Shown piece by piece: positions 12,488 through 21,884 of a stretch of 38,069 nt of DNA (within the stretch, counting starts at the first letter, position 1; the number at the start of each line of letters is the position of its first letter). Under the pieces are notes generated by a model that worked only from the letters and a program-made list of their open reading frames with translations, had not been told where the DNA came from and ran no database searches. This stretch comes from Piromyces finnis finn. Taxonomy: Eukaryota > Fungi > Neocallimastigomycota. Where the stretch lies: contig MCFH01000119.1 of assembly GCA_002104945.1 (NCBI GenBank), positions 1 through 38,069 of the forward strand, written 5' to 3'. Position numbers and translations under genes: made by a program.

Positions 12488-14099
12488 AATTAATTATTAA
12501 AAATGGAAAAGAGTTGTATTTATATATTTTCTAATAAATGTATATCTAAATATGTAAAAAATAGAATAATATAAGAGAATTATTAACTATTATATTATTT
12601 TAATAATAATAAAAATTAGAAGAAATAAATAAAATTCACATAATAAATAAAAAAATTAAATATAAGAATTTTTTTTTATATTTTTTTATAAAATTTTTTA
12701 TTTTTAAAAAGTAAAAAAGATTTTTTTCCTTTTTTTATTAAATTTTTTTAGACAATTTTTCGTTCAATTTATTGTTGTGAAACATTTTTTAGACTAGTAG
12801 TAATACACTTTTTATATTTATTTGATTTAAAATTTATAGATGATAATTAATATTAATATTATTAATAATATTAATATAATAAATAATAAATATTAAAGTG
12901 ATATAAAGAATTAGATGAATTCTGCAATTTGTACATGTGAAATTGACCTACCTAATAAATTAAATGAAATAAAAAAGAAAACTAACATCAGGTAGGATAG
13001 TGTGGTGTACACTAAATTCTCCTATGAGTTTATAATTTTAATTAAATTAGTAATAAAGTTTAAAAATATTTGATGTCATTAAAAAAAAAAAAGAGTTTAT
13101 AATAATGGTTTTATTCGAAATTAGAAATGTTCTTTTATCATATCCATTCGATGTCTTATTACACCGAATAAATAATCCTTTTATTCTATTTATATTTAAT
13201 AACATAATTTTAAAATATTCTGTATTAAAATTGATCTATATAAAAGTTTATTAGAATGCTTTTATATTTATTATTAAAATAAAGCAAAGGATTTTTAAAG
13301 TGTATATTGAAAATATTTTTATTTTTTATAACTATTTTTAAATATTTAGAAAAATAAAATATGTATTTTATTCATATTTTTGTTATTGTAGTAAAAAATA
13401 TGAAAATTATATACTTTAAAGCCATTTCTTTTTTTTTTTTTACTATTATCTCTAACCTTTTTATTATTAAATACATTTTTTTATTTGATGTATCTCCAAT
13501 ACTTTATCATATTTACTTAAAAATAAAAAAAAGACACCAAATAAAATATTTTTTGGAGAAAATAAAGAACAATCTTTTTAAATGGGAACAAAACTTTTAA
13601 CAACCAAAATATCCATGTTTTATTAATATAATAAATTCTTTATATTATAACAAAATACTGTTAAAATATGTAAAATATATAAAATATGAAGGTATAAAAT
13701 GTATTAAAATATTTTGTAGTAAGTTAAAGATGCAACCATCCACAATGTAAACAAGTAAACAAGTAAATAAAAATATTTTAATTTTAGGAAAATTTCATTT
13801 CTACAAAAATGTATGAATAAAAATGTACAATTATAATTAATAATGTACATTCTCATAATTTCAATAAAAATTGTTTTGTTGAGAAGTTGAGAAAAAAGAA
13901 TAAAATTTATTAAACTTTATATTTTTACATCAAAATATATATATATAATAATGATAAGAACCATACAAAATGTTTTTTAACTATTTTGTGTCATAATCTA
14001 GTTTTGCAAAACACACTTTAAAAATATAAATTAATAAAAATAATCTTTAAATCATAGAAATAGAACTTGAAAACTATTTTTAGAAATAATAAAAAAAAA

Positions 14100-16227
14100 A
14101 ATTCATATATTATTATTGTTGGTTTATTCATATTTTCGTTTGGTAATATTATTAAATCTGCATATCATTTACCTGAATCAACTTCTGTTAAAGTTGTACA
14201 TGAATAATAAATCAATGTATCAAAATATATATTTTGAACAATAAGTTTAAATATTGCTTCTTTATAATAATTTATATTTGAAGTTTTATTATGAAAATAT
14301 TCAATTATAATAGCTACTTCACGTTATTCTTTTCCATTCCATGTATCATTTAATTGTTTTTTAGATAATTCTACTTTTTCAAATAATTTTTTCCATTTAT
14401 TATTTTCTGTGGATACCTTAAATGATGTATGTACTTCTTCATTAGGAATAAATAATTCCCAATTAATTTATCAGATTTATTATCATAATCTTTTTTATAT
14501 TCATAGGCTAAATATCCAAGATGAACAAGCTTTACTAAAACATCGTATTTATTATTATATTCTCCGCAATTTCTATTGAAATTAACAATATCCATGTCTA
14601 ATTTTATTCTATTCTTTTTATCACTCATTAAATATACAATATCTTTTTTTAGTCCATCAAAATCCATATCGATATATTTATAAAGGTTATCATACGATTC
14701 AGTTAAATGCCAATAGTTTCTAATACTATTGAATTCAAATGCTTTTATAATTGACAATGATGTATATATTTCATATGTTTTCCAATAATTCCTATTTTCA
14801 TTTTTACTTCCATCTGTTAATCTGTAACCATTATATATTTCTTTAATATTATAATAAAAAATATTTACATATTCATCATCGAAATTTTTCTTTTTTTTAA
14901 ATTTTTTGCATAATTCTTTCACTTCTTCAACTGTAAAGCCAACATATTTTGACATCCATCCACCTTCTACCATAGAAAAGTGATCAAAAATCCCTGTGAT
15001 CTCAGAATTTAATCCATAACTCTTAAGAGGCAAAATTCCTGTCATATAAGTTAAATGTATGCTTTCTTCTCCTTTAATTAATGAAGTTAAAAATTTCAAG
15101 TACTCTATTGAATTTTTATTATTATCTCGAAATACTATATCCCATTCATCAATGACGAGAATATTATGTCTACTCGTCTTTTCTAGTATTTCGTTCAATA
15201 TTTCATTAATGCTGTTTTTATTATCACATTCAAAATCTGCTATAGAATTTTTTACTTCTTTTATAATAGATGTTTTAATATTTTCTTTTCCTTCTTTTAT
15301 ACTTGTTTGATAAAGATAATTAAACATATTTAATTTTATTACATTAAATTTTCCTAAATATTTATCTCAATTTTCTGATTTTGAAATTTTTTTATCCATA
15401 AAACTAGTTATTTTCGATTCTTTATAACTATAATAAGCTGAAAGCATATCTACTATTTTGGTTTTCCCAAATCTTCTAGGTCTTGAAATACAAATATTTT
15501 GTTTCTCTGAATTTATTATTTTATTTAGTTCAAGAATTAATTCTGTTTTATCAACATAAAATTCTCTTTGTGAAAATTTTTTAAAATCATTTTCACCAGG
15601 ATTAAATATATTGTTTGTTTCCTCTTTCATATAATTCCACCAGTCAGCTTTAGAAATCAATTTAAATAATCGATGTATTTCTTTATTTGGAATGGATATT
15701 TCATTATTATATTTATCATAATTTAAATACCCTAAATGGACAAGTTTCATTAGATTGTTTTTTCTTTTTGAAAATGAATAAATATCATTTTGATACAATA
15801 ATGAATCTACTTTTATTTTTTTATCCCTTTCTGATTCTATTAATAAAGTAATAACATCTTTTAGATTATCATAATTCTTTTGAATAAATTTAGCAAGTAA
15901 ATCATAATAATTATCATCCATTTGATACCTCTTAACAATATTATTTTTTAAGGATTCTAAAATTAAATATGGAGAATATATTTTATATATTTCATTTGAA
16001 AAACTATCTATTAATTGATAACTGCCATAAGAGTCTTTTAAATTCTCATACTTTATTCTATTTCTACCTCTATCTTTGTCATTTTCATACTTTGTTTCGT
16101 TTTTATGTATTAATGCTTTATTATTTATTATTTCATCTTCAGAGGTTTTTTGTGTGATTATTTACAAGTATATAATTCCTTTAAATATTGAAAAAGATTC
16201 ATGATTAATTAATATTTTTATTTTCAT
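14100..16227 (-). pseudogene. Intronless bacterial-type AAA-ATPase-like / PD-(D/E)XK nuclease-domain pseudogene
   Basis: Motifs NPG..F....YVDKT, ISRPRRFGKT (Walker A, about 15460-15483), LVIDEWD, MTGILP, VGFTVEEV and LVHLGYL. The shifted 3' frame reads IPNEEV...EVDSGK*YADLIILP...PTIIIYE. ORFs 15367-15921 and 14371-15327 are in one frame split by a TGA; there is a frameshift near 14460 and further stops. Confidence 0.85.
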
Positions 16228-17233
16228 AGCTTTTTTCTTTTATTTTGAAAAAAGCTATAAATAAATTGAATGATATCCATTGTATCATATTATTAATAAT
16301 ATATCTTAATAATTAAAATAAAATATTTAATATAAAAATTGATACTTTATCATTATGGTATAATTCATAATACTATGTATAATATTATAGAGAGTATAAA
16401 TTATAAATTGATGTTATAGAAATAGAAATATTACTATTATTATATTATAATAAAAAAATCTTTTAAAAGGTAATATAATGTTAGTTTTATATATAATATA
16501 TATGTATTACAATAAAGGTTTTAAAATAGTTATTGCCATTTTAAAAAATTATATAATTATATAATCCATTAAATGAATAAATATTACTATATTAATGAAA
16601 ATTAAGTTATTTATTTTGATTTTCTTTGAAATTAATAATATTTATATATATTTATGTCTTTTATAACACCATTTTCACAAGGATCCTCTCCTCGTATACC
16701 ACAATATACCTATGTCTATGAATATCCAAATTATAGAAAAATATTTATAAATTGTATCCTTATGCGTTACTGATATATCATCATTATAAATACAATGATT
16801 ATCAATACATTTATTAAATAAACAATCAGAAACATTATATTTTAAAGAAATGTTAAAAAACTAGTATCACTATTAAGACAATAAACCATCACTTTATTTT
16901 TTTTGCTTTATCATTCTATATACAATACTCTACAATATTATATTTTAAATTGTAGTTTTAGGCTTTCATTCGGAAATTCAATAAAATTACCATAGTTATC
17001 ACTATTTTGTAAAGTGATACAATTTCTATTTCTACAATAACTTTTTTCATATTTTGCTCTTACCTGAATTTTCATATTTACATAATAATTTATCAGATAT
17101 TAAATATTAATAATTATGTATATCAAAGGAATATAAATATCTGTATAATTAAATCTATCGTTATCCTTATAATATTTTGTTTTTTTAAAAGGTAAAAAAA
17201 ACGTTCAAAATGATCATATTTGAAACAAAAAAG

Positions 17234-17243
17234 ATTTTATTGG
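17234..17243 (-). promoter_or_regulatory. Extended CCAAT box (ATTTTATTGG) upstream of gene B
   Basis: About 30 nt before the ATG at 17275, within a TGAAACAAAAAA-ATTTTATTGGTTAAA block shared with gene C. Confidence 0.45.
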
Positions 17244-17274
17244 TTAAATAATAAAATTAAAAAAAAAAAAAAAA

Positions 17275-17869
17275 ATGAAAACGCTTTTTTTGTTATTGCT
17301 AATCAATTTAACTTTTACAGCAAAGTTTATTTATTCTTAATTTGTAGAAGATTGTCGTATTGTAAATAAATTATTGGGAGAATTTGAGGAAAATGATTGT
17401 TGTTCTTCCCCTGGAATTACTTGTGATAAAGGTTTCGTAGTGGCAATGTAATAATAAAGAGAAAGGCTACTTTTTTTTTTTTTTTTCATTTTATTTCTAT
17501 TCAATAACCTAGATATTCAATATTAATAATAATTAACAATTAATTAACAATAGAGAATTAAGAAATGTTAACGTCATATTGCCTGGTGGTTCAATTCCAC
17601 CTGAAATTGGAAATTTATCAAACTTGATAAAATTGTAATTATCCATTTTATAAAGGAAAATTTAAAAATTCTTTATTTATATACATCAATTTATATTTAT
17701 TTTTTTTTTCAATGTTTTACAAAATAATAAATAGAGATCTTTTCAATAAAGGTTTTTCTGGTTCCATTCCTCCAGAGCTCGGAAATTTATCCAATTTGAA
17801 AGTTTTGTAAAGATTGTTTATATTATTATATAATTTATAAAACCTATAATTTCTTATTTTTAAAATTAC

Positions 17870-17901
<32 letters not shown>

Positions 17902-19748
17902 GAATTCTCCAAAAAAATGCTTTAACTGGTCCCATTCCACCTGAACTTGGAAATTTAACAAAATTGACTTGGTTGTAAATATTTTTTAATAATATTTATT
18001 TAAATCTCTCTATAAATTTTTATTCCTCCAATGAATCATAAAATAATTACATTATTTTCTTTTTTTTTTTTTTTATTTTTCATTTCTAAAAATACATTAT
18101 TAATTAAAAAATAGAAATTTAGTGGATAATAAATTAAGTGGTTCTATTCCACCTGAACTTGGAAATTTAACAGAATTGGATTCACCGTAATGAATTTATA
18201 TATACTATCTGTTTAATCTATTTATTTATTTTTAAATTCTTAATTTATTAAAATAAAAAAAATATAAAATAATGTTATTTATTCTAATTAGAAATATAAA
18301 ACTCTTTCATTAATTAAAAAAAAAAAAAAATAGACGATTAAGTGATAATTATTTAAGTGGTTCCCTTCCACCTGAACTTGGAAAGTTATCAAGCTTGAGA
18401 ACTTTGTAAATGATTTTTATAATATTATTTGTTTATCTATTCATTATATTAATTCTTATTTTAAATGAAACAAAAAAAAAAAAAAATTATATTATTTACA
18501 TTATTTTTTATTCTTTTTTAAAATTATTATAAATATGTTATTAATAGATGGATAGAAAATAATAACTTTAGTGGTTCCATTCCACCTGAGCTTGGAAATT
18601 TATTAAAATTGAGATGGATGTAATTAATAATATTTGTTTATATATAATCATTGCTTCTTTATTAATAATTAATTAATTATTTATTTATAAAATAAAAATA
18701 ATTCATGACCACTTAAAAACAACAACAACAACAACAACAACAACTAAAATTGAATAATATCTAATAAATCATGTATGATATTCAGAAATATTAGTAATAA
18801 CGGATTTAGTAGTACTATGCCACAAGAAATATTAAATCGTCCATATGATGAATTGTAAGTAATTTCTTTTTTTTTTATATAAATAGATGTACTTTTTATA
18901 TCGTTGCTCAATATGATTATATTGAAAATAGTTTATAGTTTTAAATTATGTTGATTATCATTTTAATGATTATATATAAAATGAATACAAAAAGTTTTTT
19001 ATTTTAAAATAAATATTAATATTAATTATTTGTACTGTCTATATATAGTAAATTTTATAATTATGATGATAGTACCAAACAAGTTCCCGAAAAAGAAGAA
19101 TCAGATAAATTAATTATTGATAATGATTTAAATAAGGATACTTTAAATAAGGATACTAAATCCGATAAGGGTGGTAGTAATACATTATTAGCAATAGTTA
19201 TTGTGTTTGGAATAATTGGTATTGTTTCAAGCATTTTATTATTCCTCGTTATAAAAAAAAATAAAAAGTTAAAAGATAATGATAAAAATAATGTAAGAAA
19301 TAGTTCTTTATCGACTGTAAATAATGTTCACATTAATCCATCTATAATTTCAGGAAATGATGAAAATACAACACTTGATATTGTTTCTACCCCAGTTCTT
19401 TCTTTTAATAATAATTATAACAGTACTATTACGGAAATAAATACTAATAATGCTATTACTACTATTCATGATGATGATGATGATGATGATTCAATAGTAA
19501 TTAATTCTACTATTACTACAAATAACAGATATAGTGTTCCTTTAAATTCTACGAATAATATAAACCATGTAATGACAATGAATAGCATTGGAGAAAAGGG
19601 TTTACTTCCAAGTTATGAAGATGTTTTAAATGAAGATGGAAAGCATAACACGGAAAAATATCCACTGTCTGACGATAAATCCAAAATTCAAACTATAAAA
19701 AATGAAAAAAATAAGGAACCACTTCATTCATCAAAAAAGAAATATTAA
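17275..19748 (+). pseudogene. LRR receptor-like gene B (9 exons, 6 LRR exons plus cap); single premature stop
   Basis: Exons: 17275-17447, 17554-17634 (81 nt), 17735-17806, 17903-17974, 18115-18186, 18334-18405, 18548-18619 (72 nt each), 18786-18854 (69 nt), 19049-19748. The spliced length of 1383 nt is in frame; the only lesion is TAA at 17338-17340 (codon 22). TM LLAIVIVFGIIGIVSSILLFLVI; tail GLLPSYEDVLNE. Confidence 0.88.
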
Positions 19749-20058
19749 AAATAATTTTTAAAAATAAAAAAAATGAAAAAGTATACTTTGAAAGTATATT
19801 AAAAATAATAAAAAATTTCATAGTAAAAAAATGAAAAAAAAAAAAAAATAAAAAAATAAAAAATATTTAAATATAGTTTTAAATAAAAAAAAATAAAAAA
19901 TAGAAATTTATTTAATTTGAATTTTTTTTTTTTTTTTTTTAATTTTATTAAAATAAAAAGGCGGATTTTTTTTTTTTTTACATTTTTTTTTAAAAATAAA
20001 AAAAGTCCAAAAATCGTCCGCTTTTTTTAAAAAAGTTTGAAAATTTGAAACAAAAAAA

Positions 20059-20068
20059 ATTTTATTGG
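20059..20068 (-). promoter_or_regulatory. Extended CCAAT box (ATTTTATTGG) upstream of gene C
   Basis: About 85 nt before the ATG at 20152, in the same block as upstream of gene B. Confidence 0.45.
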
Positions 20069-20151
20069 TTAAAAAAAAAGAATTTAATTAATAAAAAATA
20101 TATAAATTTGAAAAAGTAAAAAAGTTAAAAAAAAAAATAAAAATTTGAAAA

Positions 20152-21884
20152 ATGAAAAAGTTGGTTTTGTTATTGCTGTTCAATTTAACTTTTACAATAA
20201 ACGGTGTCTTTTCAGTATTTGTAAATGATTGTAGTGCAGTAAATAAATTGTTAGGAGAATCTGATAATTATGATTGTTGCACTCATAATGGAATTACATG
20301 TGAAAACGGATTCGTAGCAGTAATGTAATGATAAAAACAAAAAGTTCACTTTTTTTTTTTTTTATTTCTACTTAATAGTATAAATAAATGAATATTTATT
20401 TTTAATAATTAATTAAACAATAGAAATTTAAGTAATGGTTTGTATGGTGGTTCAATTCCTCCTGAACTTGGAAATTTGACACGTTTAGTTTATCTGTAAT
20501 TATTCTTTTTCATTTATATAGGAAGGAAGAATTAAAAGTTATTTATATATTTATATATACACTAATCTATATATTTTATTATAATGTTTTACGATATGAT
20601 AAATAGAGATCTTAGTGATCAAGGTTATCATGGTTCCCTTCCTTCAGAGCTCGGGAATTTATCAAATTTGCAATATATGTGAAGATTGTTTATATGTTAT
20701 TTGCATAATATAAATGATAATATAAATTTTATTCTAATTTTTTTTTTTTTTTTTTTTAAAAAATTATTAAAAATATTCATTATCATTATTATATAAAATA
20801 ATAATAAAAAAAAAGATATCTTAGTAATAATGCTTTTACTGGTTCAATACCATCTGAATTTGGAAATTTATTAAAATTGGAAATTTTGTACCTATTTATT
20901 GATATAATTTAATATTATAAAAAAATAAAAATAAAAATTATTAAACTTTCCTTTAAAAATATACAATTATTTTATTAACTAAATAAATAGATCATTAAGA
21001 GATAATCTTTTAAGTGGCTTTATCCCTCCTGAACTTGGAAGGTTAAACTTAGAATATTTGTAAAGTATCTTTTACTATTTGAATATATAAATAAATATAA
21101 TTTTTTATAATTTTTTTTTTGTATTTATAATATTTATATAATTATATTTTTAAACAATTCATGATCAACTAAAACAAACAACAACTAAAACTTGATAATA
21201 TTTAACTTTTTATTATATTCAGAGATATTAGGAATAACGGATTTAGTGGTTCTATACCTCAAGAAATATTAAATAATAATATTTCTAAATTGTATTTAAT
21301 TTACTTTTTTTTTTATTTTATTTATTATATAATAGTTTATATATATTATAATTATATTAGTTGTATTAAAACATTTTTATTCAAATATTCATCATTTAAT
21401 ATAATATAGTTTTCATGATAATTATAATGATAAAAATAAACAAGTTGTAGAAAAAGAAGAAAAGAATGATTTAAATAAAGATGCTAAATCCGATAATGGT
21501 ACAAATCCATTTTTAATAATAGCCATTGTATTTGGAATAATTAGTATTATTTTGACCATCCTGATATTCCTTGTTTTAAGGAAAAATAGAGATTTAAAAA
21601 AGAAAAATAATGAAAGAAATAGCTTTTCTACTTTAAATAAGGTTCACATTAACTCAACTTCAATTTCTGGAAATGGAGAAAGTTCAACTAATCTTCCAGA
21701 TATTCCTTTAAATTCTGTAAATGAGTCAAACTATATAAAATCATTAAATCATACAAATAATAATAATACTATCATTGGAGGAGAAGAAGATTTACTTCCA
21801 AGTTATGAAGATATATTAAATGAAAATGGTGAACATAACACTGGTAATATGCATGACTCAACCTCTAACTTCATTAAAGAATAA
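20152..21884 (+). CDS. LRR receptor-like protein C (7 exons, 4 LRR exons plus cap), intact, 333 aa, type I single-pass membrane protein without kinase
   Basis: Exons: 20152-20324, 20424-20495, 20607-20678, 20816-20887, 20991-21059, 21223-21291, 21410-21884, totalling 1002 nt and open. Signal peptide MKKLVLLLLFNLTFTINGVFS; cap DCCTHNGITCENG; LRRs such as YLSNNAFTGSIPSEFGNLLKLEIL; TM; tail EDLLPSYEDILNE. Confidence 0.92.

Noticed and set aside
13361-13600. 79-aa F/I/K-rich ORF
   Set aside because: Composition of random AT-rich DNA; no motif.
15059-16157. Plus-strand ORFs 15059-15310 and 15969-16157
   Set aside because: Antisense to the AAA-ATPase pseudogene.
16650-16720. Minus-strand CGIRGEDPCENGVI, loosely like the LRR Cys cap
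   Set aside because: Too short; no signal peptide or LRR exons on that strand.
17338-17340. In-frame TAA/TGA in otherwise open genes as evidence of stop-codon reassignment
   Set aside because: The intact M13 gene and gene C terminate at TAA right after conserved C-termini, so the standard code applies.
19956-20026. GCGGA...TCCGC inverted pair upstream of gene C
   Set aside because: Only 5 informative bases plus homopolymers; not shared with gene B.
17221-20052. TGAAACA (yeast Ste12 pheromone-response consensus) upstream of genes B and C
   Set aside because: It also occurs in an intron (about 18464) and in intergenic DNA (about 12778, 22920), and the two upstream copies derive from one duplication.
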